Part shown: in pieces, positions 39,301 to 48,493 of the stretch
Layout: each line of letters begins with the position of its first letter
Position numbering within the stretch: the stretch's first letter is position 1
Origin: Octopus sinensis
Taxonomy: Eukaryota
Length of the DNA: 64,000 bases
Direction of reading: 5' to 3'
Assembly (NCBI RefSeq): GCF_006345805.1
Contig: NC_043012.1
Span: 15,252,001-15,316,000 of the forward strand
Translations under genes and position numbers: made by a program
The notes under the pieces: model-generated
What the model saw: only the letters and a program-made list of their open reading frames with translations
Database searches by the model: none
What the model was told of the DNA's origin: nothing

Positions 39301-42051
39301 CTTTTTCTCTTGGCTTTATTGAGAAAATTCTGTAGTTTGTAAGATATTTGTTGTTTTTTTCTTCAATTTCTGCAATTTCAACCAATCAATGATGTCTATT
39401 GAGGTGAAAACATTCTATGCTCTATGAATATGTCCCTCGTTTAAGAAACAGATTGGGTTTACTTACATTTCTGAAGAAAAAAAAGATATCCTCCCCTCCT
39501 AACTCTAACCCTAACCCTAAAACAGATTGAAATGCAATAGATCGATATTAGGGTCATAATTATGGGTGACAATTTCATATGACACCACTAGAAAAAACTG
39601 CCGTTCAAACCGAAAAGCTCCAAGTCTTATACTTACCGGAGTCTACAGGTTCTTTCACATTTTTCTTCACAGCATAAACCATAGAACCATTCTTCACACC
39701 ATATGATTCTAAAGTCTTTGTTCTTTGTAAACAATTACCACAATAAACCAATTCTGTTGGTAAGAAGAAAAAAAACCAATGCATAATTTGTCTTTCTAAA
39801 GCAAAACACTGATTTTTGTGGGGAAACAATAGATTTTGTATAATATTCTAAGGTATTTCCTTGACTTAAGAAGGATGAAAAGCAAAAGGTGAACCTGTGC
39901 CCCACCATACAAAAATGATTGTTGAACTTGGGGCCTAGAAGGAGAAAATTAAATAATGTAACACATATATACTAAAACTCTATTATCATTTGTTCTTCAG
40001 AGATATTCAACTTAGCTGTAGGTAACAAATGAGATCACATTTTCTGAATTCAGAACAACTTTGCTTTTAATTAGTCTATAGTCAACAAACAAGCCTGTCA
40101 TATATGGCTGTTTCACATCAACAATTAAAGGTTTGCTCCAAAAATTGGCAACACTGTGACAACTAACTTTCTTCAGGTTGAAATTCTTGTGTTGTCTTTT
40201 AATAAAGTTGTCCTGAATGACAAGCACTACCTTCATGAGTTTAATCGAACAAATCGATTCCAATACTTATAATTTTTTCTCAGCTTGGTACTTATTTTGT
40301 TGGTCCCTTTTTGCCAAAATGCTGAATTAAGGACGTAAACAAACCAACACCAGCTGTCAAGCAGTGGTGTGTGTGTGTGTGGGGGGGGGGGGGCAAACAC
40401 AAAAGATGCACATGCACACACACATATATATATACAAGGTACTACTTGAGAACAGTGGACCCGGTGAGCGCACTCGCGTATCCGCCCTAGCTAGTCATGA
40501 CTAGTCGATTCTTACTTTGTGTTTTTGTGTGTTATTTACTTTGTTTAAAAAATTATTTACCTTGTGTTTTTGTTTTATTTATTTTGCTAGGTAGTCGTTT
40601 TAGGATTGACTGGTCCCGACTAGCTAGCGCGGATGCGCGACTACGCAAGTGCGTGCACCGGGACCACTGTTCTCAAGTAGTCCCTACATACAACAGGTTT
40701 CTTTCAGTTTCCATCAACCAAATCTACTTACACAAGATTTGGTCAGGTGAGGGCTATAGTAGAAGACACTTGCTACAAAGTGGGACTGAACCTGGAACCA
40801 TGTAGTTGGGAAAAATATTGTTTTTTATAAATAGATCTGACCTGTGAGCTATAATTTCATATTTCAAATACAGAGGTTCCCTAATTATTTAATTACAGAT
40901 CAGCTCTGACCACACAGACCAATGATCAAAAGCATGACATTGTTTTCTCTTTATGATTCTACAAAATTATACCATAAATCCACAAAAACTGTCGAAAAAA
41001 GTAAAAACTCTTTTCTTTTGCTCACATTTATCATATATGATACTCAAAACATATAGACCCGAAGAAGTTACAGTTGTTTTAGAGCAGATAATTTTCGACT
41101 CTATTCTTAAGGGGTGCCTTTTAACTTATTATTTATTTTCCAAAAGTCTACGATGCTAATACGATATCAACGAAATGCAATAAAACAGTTATCATGCTAT
41201 ACATATTTGGTTGCTGAAATTATGTTTTCTGTTTAAAAAATCTCATAAAAAATATAATTCTACAGCTACACACACATATAAACCTCGCTGAGAATAACTG
41301 GAATTATAGCTCAAGGTCTGTTTTTGGTGATGCGTTAGGACTGATGGCAAAACAGCTATTTGTATAGACATCAATATAAATGTTATATAAATGCCAACAG
41401 CAAGAAACTTTTGTATAAATTGCTTTCAAATATTTTAATTGACACAAATTTTTGACATGAAGTGCAACGAATTAAGTAAACACGTGTAAATGCTTGGGAT
41501 ATATTTTCGTAACCATCTCATATTTACAGGTTCTTATATCGAAATATATGATTTATGTTAATTTTGGATAATTAAAAAAAATGTTAAGTTCTACTGCAAA
41601 GATTTATTTCTATTGATTAAATAAATCGTCAGCTGAGAGAGAATTTTTAAATAAATCTGTATACTTTCGTTAGATTCGTATAAAAGAGGCTGAACTAAAT
41701 AGAGTCAAAAATGCATTAATTATTAAGATAGTTAAAATATAATTAACCCTATACTTAGTTTTTGCTTCTAAACTGCGTGAATTCGTGGATATTCAATTTC
41801 AAAATCTGGACCCAAGAAACACAATTTCGTTAAACAAGCAAAAAAATGAAAACAACATTTTTTTATTTACAAAAATCAGTTCACTTTATCTCCATAACCA
41901 AAGCGAAAAAAATCTTACCAATTTCTTTGTCTGATAGAGTAACATTTTCCGAAATTCGGTTTATAAATTCGTTGACCATAGAATTCAGATCGATTGACTC
42001 CAACTGGAAACGATTTTGATCAAAGAAACATCGAACGTTGATGGTGGCCAT
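22378..42051 (-). CDS. UBL7: Ubiquitin-like protein 7 (UBL-UBA protein), complete, 10 coding exons, 1002 nt / 333 aa
   Basis: Exons 42051-41919, 39753-39637, 37517-37438, 35899-35815, 33771-33714, 30040-29940, 28999-28920, 28043-27930, 24630-24532, 22512-22378; all GT-AG with matching phases. N-terminal UBL (ELVYCG..L...KTLESYGVKNGSMVYAV), middle motifs (LILTTPGLAND, EHPA, SDDEE, ITASQLAAALAAAS, PISSDFFQQAM) and C-terminal UBA (QLQQLRDMGITDE..ALQEAGGDIQAALEYIF) match vertebrate UBL7 as recalled. Confidence 0.93.
24532..24630 (-). CDS. UBL7: UBL7 coding exon 9
   Basis: DAASTSDSIGASPPISSDFFQQAMVHAQYVATQ; tAG / GTAAGA. Confidence 0.9.
25817..26252 (-). mobile_element. tRNA-headed short element containing a degenerate hammerhead core (RTE tail nested at ~26007-26165)
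   Basis: Minus strand: TAGCGTAGTGGTTAAGAGC (A box) .. AGTTTAATTCC (decayed B box), (AAT)n, then ACAC CTGATGA AGGCTG-loop-TAGCT GAAA GG TT GTG. Confidence 0.6.
27930..28043 (-). CDS. UBL7: UBL7 coding exon 8
   Basis: LDGSSIQGITASQLAAALAAASVPAGFSDPSTSGARMS; tAG / GTAAGT. Confidence 0.9.
28920..28999 (-). CDS. UBL7: UBL7 coding exon 7
   Basis: (A)AYSLDQMSDDEESASPLHTQEQSPLQ; cAG / GTAAGT. Confidence 0.9.
29508..29891 (-). mobile_element. tRNA-derived SINE family A
   Basis: Reverse complement of the family A consensus. Confidence 0.9.
29940..30040 (-). CDS. UBL7: UBL7 coding exon 6
   Basis: (Q)IIDEHPAFYHVAQLIAATVNEQGAKAGESFLSS; cAG / GTGAGT. Confidence 0.9.
30434..30652 (+). mobile_element. 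SINE family B (GGCGGTGAGCTGG head, GCCTTTCATCCTTTCGGGGTCGATAAA core); other copies 52755-52988, 23103-23322 and many decayed ones in 19560-24400
   Basis: GAGTTCAAATTCC B box and a conserved central domain repeated across the window. Confidence 0.85.
30726..33264. repeat. Tandem array of a ~868-bp unit (about 2.5 copies; unit starts 30726, 31594, 32820) in UBL7 intron 5
   Basis: Near-identical units; the second is lengthened by the Helitron insertion. Confidence 0.9.
31990..32363 (+). mobile_element. Non-autonomous Helitron
   Basis: A|TCTCTCTCTATATAAACGG 5' end; subterminal CCTGAGCAACGCCGGG hairpin and CTAT|T 3' end. Inserted between A and T with no TSD relative to empty sites in the sibling repeat units. 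Confidence 0.85.
33435..33672 (+). mobile_element. RTE LINE 3' tail
   Basis: GTAAAAG-type repeat units, AGGAAGGGCATCCAG and a (GAT)n tail. Confidence 0.8.
33714..33771 (-). CDS. UBL7: UBL7 coding exon 5
   Basis: (I)MFQDLKLLLQLHKTKQIR; tAG / GTAAGC. Confidence 0.88.
35815..35899 (-). CDS. UBL7: UBL7 coding exon 4
   Basis: VENMLMDSDAVENLILTTPGLANDMTVL; cAG / GTAAGT. Confidence 0.92.
37438..37517 (-). CDS. UBL7: UBL7 coding exon 3
   Basis: (G)KPNETEIAKVLTAFRMAIFNPSYRTT; tAG / GTAAGT. Confidence 0.88.
38381..38811 (-). mobile_element. tRNA-derived SINE family A
   Basis: Reverse complement of the family A consensus. Confidence 0.9.
39204..39621. mobile_element. MITE with GGATCTTTTCGGTTTGAAC TIRs and 8-bp TSD (AAGTCTTA)
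   Basis: TIRs at both ends; exact 8-bp duplication at 39196-39203 and 39622-39629; internal CTAACCCTAA motifs. Confidence 0.9.
39637..39753 (-). CDS. UBL7: UBL7 coding exon 2
   Basis: (E)LVYCGNCLQRTKTLESYGVKNGSMVYAVKKNVKEPVDS; cAG / GTAAGT. Confidence 0.92.
40437..40685. mobile_element. GC-rich MITE with ~60-bp TIRs and 3-bp TSD (ACA), inserted in a SINE
   Basis: AGGTACTACTTGAGAACAGTGGACCCGGTG.. / ..CACCGGGACCACTGTTCTCAAGTAGTCCCT. Confidence 0.85.
41919..42051 (-). CDS. UBL7: UBL7 coding exon 1
   Basis: aaaATGGCC start; MATINVRCFFDQNRFQLESIDLNSMVNEFINRISENVTLSDKEI; donor g|GTAAG, phase 1. Confidence 0.85.
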
Positions 42052-42081
42052 TTTGTTAAGAACATCAACCCAACTTCCGGT
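42046..42081 (-). promoter_or_regulatory. UBL7 proximal motifs: ETS site CCGGAAGT (42073-42080) and YY1-like AAAATGGCC overlapping the ATG
   Basis: Exact ETS core about 25 bp upstream of the start codon; typical of housekeeping promoters. Confidence 0.5.
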
Positions 42082-42173
42082 TTACTTCCCAATTTGCTTT
42101 TTTATGCAATAAATACCATTGTTTTGCAAATTAATATTCAATATCAGATAAAACGAATGACATAAAACCTATC

Positions 42174-42569
42174 GGATCTTTTTGTTTCGCCCGGCAGTTT
42201 TTTTTTAATAATTTCCTCGTAACTAAACACTTTTAAACTTCGTATATTGGTAGAATGTGTTTATAAAGCATCTTTTTCTCTTGGCTTTATTGAGAAAATT
42301 CTATAGTTTGTAAGATACTTGTTTTTTTTTTTCAATTTCTTCAATTTCAACCAATCAATGACGTTTATTGAGGTGAAAACATTCTGTGCCGTATGAATAT
42401 GTCCCTCGTTTAAGAAACAGATTGGGTTTATTTACATTTCTGAAGAAAAAAAAGATACCCTTCCCCCACCCCTAACCCTAACTCTAAAATAGATTGAAAT
42501 GCAATAGATCGATACTAGGGTCATAATTATGGGTGACAATTTCATATGCTGTTCAAACCTAAAAGATCC
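42174..42569. mobile_element. Second copy of the same 8-bp-TSD MITE
   Basis: Internal sequence nearly identical to 39204-39621; flanks AACCTATC / AACTTATC. Confidence 0.88.
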
Positions 42570-42802
42570 AACTTATCATCTAAAAAATACATGTCCAATT
42601 AAAATTTAATGCTTACAAAATCAGAAAAATAGAACTCACAGCATTTTAAAAATCTTTTACTTGTTTCAGACATTAGACAGCGACCATGCTGGGGCACCAC
42701 CTTTAAGAATTTTCAGTTGAATGAAAGAAACAAGCATAGAACATGAGATGTAGTTTCGTTCATTGGTGGGGCGTAATATGTAATGTGTAGATGGAGAACA
42801 TA

Positions 42803-43230
42803 TACGAAGAGGTGCTGAAAAGTTCCTGGTTTTGTGTAAAAGAAAATACAGGAGGATCAGTTAATTGTGATTTTATGTAATGTATTTCATTCTCAAATTC
42901 ACAATCTAATCATAGCGGTCCTTCAGTTTTTCTAAGCCCTGAAAAAGAAACAGGTCTTTTGTGATACCCTTAAAACTAGAAACGTTTCAGCACCCCTTGT
43001 GTGTGTGTGTGTGTATGAAAACAAGGGAGTGCTGAAAAGTTCCTGGTTTTGGATTTTAAAAAAACTATAGGAGGATCAGTTAATTTTTATTTTATTCAAC
43101 ATATTCCCATCTCAGATTGGTGCACTTATTGCAGCATTCTTCAGTTTTTCTAAGCCCTGTAAAAGAACTTGGAAGGTTGGGTGTCAAACCAGGTCTTTTG
43201 TGGTACCCTTAAAAGCAGGAACTCCCTCAT
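42803..43230. mobile_element. Two adjacent short mariner-derived MITEs
   Basis: GTGCTGAAAAGTTCCTGG ... TTTCAGCACCCC TIR-like ends; the two units are similar to each other. Confidence 0.6.
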
Positions 43231-43239
43231 AATACATAG

Positions 43240-46200
43240 CACTTCCAAAATACAATTCCACTAAGGTGGGTGGATCTTCTCAAGAACCTCATGTCATTAG
43301 ACGTCTTGAGCCATTGCCATCTCTTCTATGCCACTCAGCATCTTCAGACTGGCCTTCACTATTTCATCTCAATCATCCTTGGTTTCTCTTTTTCACAAGT
43401 CCCATCCACTATAAGTGATTGGCACTTCCTTATAGAGTTGTCCTCATACAAATGACCAAACCATCATAGTCTTCTTTCTTGCAGCCTGCATCTTTTACCC
43501 TTGCATACCTAACTTCTCTCTCTACACTGATGTTGCACATCCACTGGAGCATACTAACTTCATTCCTTTCTAGTCTATGTGTGACCACTGCTTTCAGGGC
43601 CCATGTTTCACAACCATAGAACATAACAATTCATACACATGCATCATATAATTTGCTTTTCACTGAGAGAGAGAGAGACAGAGGCCTTTTGTTGCCAGCA
43701 GAAGTTATAGCTCTCTGAACTTTCTCCATCCTATTCTTGTACTAACAACTCTACATTTAGAACATCCTCCTCCACAACTAATTTGATCACCTAAGTAACA
43801 GAAACCGTCTGCAACCTACAGGGAACTTCCTGGGCTTTTAAGAAAATCTAATTCCTATGTGTTCTTAGTGTTTATTGTTCCTGTGCATCTGCCACATACA
43901 AAGACAACTTTCTCTATTAATCAATCTGTGATTCTATCACACTTCTTAAGGGTTTACAGCTTGCACTGAATTCCTTCCAACACCTTTTCTACATATTGTG
44001 CAGGGATTTTTATTTGACACAAAGAGATTATTATCCACTTTCTTGCTAACAACAACTTTGATCTTCACTTGGTTAGCTTTAAAACCCTTTGATTCCAAGT
44101 TTTGCTTCCATACCTGGAATTTCTTTTTGAATTCTGCTAAAGATTTCACTATAAGAGTGAGGCCATTAGCATATAGCAATTCCCATGAGCAGCCAGTCTT
44201 AAATTTCTTTGTTATGGCCTGGAGGACTATGATGATGAATGAAAGGAGACTGAGAACTGAGCCCAGGGGAACTCTTACATGTACACTAAATTGATCATTG
44301 TACTAATGGCTAATTCTCACTTTACTAACAACACCCCTATGCATGGCTTGTATAGCTGTAATAAGCCAGACAACCAGATAATAAACCATAGGAATCTGCC
44401 AAAGGCTTTCTCTAAGCCTGGGGTCAGGGAACTTTTTAACCAGTTACCCCAAAATTTATTTATTTACATCAATGTTACCCCTTGATTTAAAAGGAAGAAA
44501 ATCATAGATTCTTTGAATTGAAAAGAATTATTGAATCTATTTATATGGAAAATGCAATTATAAATATAGAAAGTACAAAACGAATGTGATAAAATAAATT
44601 AATATTCTCATTATGAAACAAAAGGATTTTTCTAGAAACTTTTTCACTTTAGGCTCCTGTGCCGGTGACATGTAAATAGCACCCATGACACTCTCGGAGT
44701 GGTTGGCATTAGGAAGGGCATCTAGCTGTAGAAATATTGCCAGATCAGACTGGAGCCTGGTGCAGCCCACTGGCTTATCAGACCTCAGTCAAACCATCCA
44801 ACCCATGCCAGCATGGAAAGCAGACGTTAAACAACGATGATGATGATGATGATGCTTTGGAGAAATCATGTTTCATTTTTATTACAATTACATCAAAATT
44901 CGAGCATTTTGATGCCAAAGCATTTTGGATACAGTCTTCGGGGGGTTCAATAGATTACTCTGCTTTGTTTTGATGTTCATTAGAGTGGAAAACCCTTGTT
45001 TGCAAAAGTAGGTTGTTGCAAAAGCCAGCAACGTTTTTCACTGCCTCCTCATACCAAAAAAAAAAATTTTTTTTGTCATAACAAGGAATATGTTTTTTTT
45101 TAAATATAATTTTACTAATGTCTAATGACTCTTCATTACCCCCAGGAATTTCTTTTTACCCCATTTGGGGTAATTTACCCTGGTTCACCAACCCTTGCCA
45201 ATGAATGATCAGTACAATGGTTTACATTTGGCCAAATACTTCTCCTCTAGCTTTTAACTAGGAAGATGGCATTTGTAATATTCCTCCTTGGCACAAAATC
45301 AAACTGCATCTCATCTAGTCTGATTTTGTTCCTAATCATGCTGTAACTCTCTCTGTAACTTTTATGACCTGTCCTACAGTTTGATACCTCTGTGATTGTT
45401 TCTTTAAATCATCTCCTTTACGCTTGTAACCACTAACTATATTGCTACTACTCCAGTCACTGGATATGACACCTTCCTGTATCACCTGATTAACTATACA
45501 GGTTACTAAGCTGTATCCTATTCCACCAGATATTTTAAGCTTCTCAATGGTGATTTGCAATAGTCCAGAGGCTGTCCTTGTCTCCATATCCTTCGTTGCT
45601 TTATTTATCATACTGCTTTCAACTCTGATGGCTGGCCCTCAGGTGGGTCCATATTAAGGAGACATTCCCTCTCCTATACGTTCTCCAAGTTTCATAACTT
45701 TTCATAGAGGCATTTCCAATAAGTGCAAGCATACCAGTATTCATTCACACACATTTCTCATCCACAACATCTCTATTATCTTTGATACATTGCCTACCAA
45801 CCCAGAACACCACATGCTCTAGAACTTTGGCAAATATCCTACTTTCTACTTCTCCCTCTGCCATGTAAGCTTGTTGCCTAGCTTCCCCTCTTGTTATTTG
45901 ATATAATTCTCTGCTGCCATAATTTTTCTAGACCTGCTTTTATAGCACTTGTTGCCAGAGCAGCCAACTGGCTTCCGTACCGGTGGCACGTAAAAGGGCA
46001 CCATTCGAGCGTGATCGTTACCAACATCGCCTTACTGACACCTGTGCTGGTGGCATGTGTAAAAAGATTTGAGCAAGGTCATTGCCAGTATCGCCTGACT
46101 GAAGCACCCACTACACTCTTGGAGTGGTTGGCGTTAGGAAGGGTATCCAGCTGTAGAAACTCTGCCAAATCAAGATTGGAGCTTGGTGCAGCCATCTGGT

Positions 46201-46450
46201 TCGCCAGCCCTCAGTCAAAATCGTCCAACCCATGCCAGCATGGAAAGCGGACGTTAAACGATGATGATGATGTCTACCTTTTTGCTCCATCACCCTCGAC
46301 CTGGTTGGACCTGGTTGCACCAGCCACAGATTTGGTCTGTAGCCCTAAGTTGGTTGTCCTGCATGAACTTCCAGTTGTCATCTAAACCGTATGTTCCCAA
46401 TTCCTCCATTAGAATATCTCTAAACTTCTGCTAGTTTGCTGCAGTCTTTG
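43240..46450 (-). mobile_element. Old fragmented RTE LINE with nested insertions (decayed hAT-like MITE ~44417-45197; RTE tails 44652-44853 and 45951-46272)
   Basis: Degenerate RT pieces (YGCETWAL, LESKGFKAN, KISGGIGYSLVT) colinear with the 55361-57734 copy. Confidence 0.8.
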
Positions 46451-46966
46451 AGCTTCTATAGACTGGTTTGTTTCTTTGAGTCTTTCTAGCTTTGATTCTG
46501 AAGTCACTAACAACTAACATAGCTATGCATGTGTGTGTGTGTGTGTGTGTGTTGTAAACAACATAGTAAGATGATGTTTTTTGTTTCGCGCAAAACGTTT
46601 AAGTGCTCGATTCGTACCTACAAAAATCTCGTAGTGCGCAGTAGATATATAGGGAACAACAAGTCACCCAATGGGAATAAAGATATGCGGAGTTAAAGCC
46701 TGTGTATTACTACATTGATTTTATAGCGAAATAGAGACGGGAGAAAGTGAGAAAGGTGGTAGAGAGGGGAGAAAGAGAAGAGGAGAGAAAGGGAGAAAGA
46801 GGAGATAGGATGAGAGGGGAAAGAAATAGAGGAGGAAGGAAGAGAGGGGAATGGATATATAGAAATATATATGTGCTGAATGCCATGAGGTGAACGACTT
46901 ATTTCTATTATCTCAATACATGTGTCAAGGGAAGATAACTTCCTAGTTACCGATCATCTCCCTTGA

Positions 46967-46995
46967 TTACGTAAACATGGCGTTGCTACCATAAC
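46967..46995 (+). promoter_or_regulatory. CLUAP1 proximal promoter motifs: X-box-like (RFX) GTTGCTACCATAAC, YY1-like AACATGGCG, TTACGTAA
   Basis: Motifs lie 43-71 bp upstream of the ATG of a ciliary IFT gene, and RFX X-boxes are typical of IFT promoters. The match to consensus is imperfect. Confidence 0.5.
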
Positions 46996-47037
46996 TTTAA
47001 ACTATTCTATTTATTGTATTACCAAAATTCCACTAAA

Positions 47038-47059
47038 ATGTCTTACCGTGACCTTCGAA
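47038..47059 (+). CDS. CLUAP1: CLUAP1 coding exon 1
   Basis: aaaATG TCT TAC CGT GAC CTT CGA A|GTAAGT = MSYRDLR(N). Confidence 0.93.
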
Positions 47060-48018
47060 GTAAGTTATTTTCAGATATGAATAATATTTACTTTCTATTT
47101 TGTCATTGAACATACTTTTTGCTTCAGTGTAAGTTCACGAAAATGTTGTTAGTTTGTTGTTTGTTGTAATTATTTTGTTGCTAAGCAAAATTCGGAGCTA
47201 AAATTACTAAAATTACTATCTTATATGTAGTTTCGATAAATCAAGAAACAAAACTATTTTGTTTGTAAATCTCAAAGACATGATTCATATTTGTTGTGGT
47301 TAACCTCCTGTTTCTGACCCGGGAAAAAAAAAAGGGTAATAGGTGTAAAACAACATGTAACCAAATATTAAAAAAAAGGGCAGAACTGGAGTTTAACCGT
47401 TGTTGTTGTATGCGAACGACTTACACAGTGTTAATTTAATTTCAATGTCTTGTTATCTCTTGAATTATTTAAGTCTTATTTTTATCGCCTTTTTATTACA
47501 TATATAACACGTATGTATATGATACATATATAATACAAAACATTAACAAACAAATCCCAAACCGAAGAAAATACAAACATGAGCGAAGAAAAAAAAAATG
47601 AGGAAAAGCAGGAAGAAATAAATAAATAAAAAAAGTTTCGGTTGAACTTGTCCAGTGGCTCAAATGGTCATCCAGTGGCTCAAATGGTTGCACAGCAGAA
47701 CGTTCGACGTAACCTTCTGAAGCAACCCAACACGCTGGCAGTATAACGACGGGAGATGGGGTTGCTAAGGCATTGCAACAGCCAAGACACTCATGGGCAT
47801 CACTTGACACTGCCGTAAGGCCTATCATCTGTAGGTAGATAGGAGTAGTTTGCCGAACGACTAGGTACAATCTCACGACATGGTTCATCTTATGGGTGTA
47901 GTGTAGCAGTTCGAATCTGTTGCTTTTTATCTAATTTTCATTTTCTTTTTGTAAGCCTTGTAAGTTCTGATGATGTTTATAACAGAGACTAACAGGTGTA
48001 TTCGATCGGAACATGCTC

Positions 48019-48056
<38 letters not shown>

Positions 48057-48248
48057 AGAAAGAAGAAAAAAATGTGTTTGTATCTATACAGTTGGTCAGT
48101 TCTTTCAATAGAAGATGACAAGTTGATTCTGTTGAGTTGTGTCCCTTCTCTCTGTACCAGACTGAAAAATGAAGTGAGAATGATGTCAACTACAAACTCT
48201 GGGAACAGTGAAATTAGTGAAACTACTTGAAGTTTAGCATATATATAC

Positions 48249-48287
<39 letters not shown>

Positions 48288-48444
48288 TACACACGCACAC
48301 ACACACAGAGCCGAAATTGCAAGGATGATCCGGTTCTTGACTGAAGATTTGAGGTTTCGAATGACCTGTCCGTGTTTTTTGTATCGTCTATTTGAATGTT
48401 TTGCGTTCTTGTCCCATTTTGTATTTTTATATATATACACATAC

Positions 48445-48493
<49 letters not shown>

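Noticed and set aside
39497-39520. CTAACCCTAACCCTAA telomere-like repeats
   Set aside because: Only 2-3 units, internal to a MITE family; not a telomere or fusion site.
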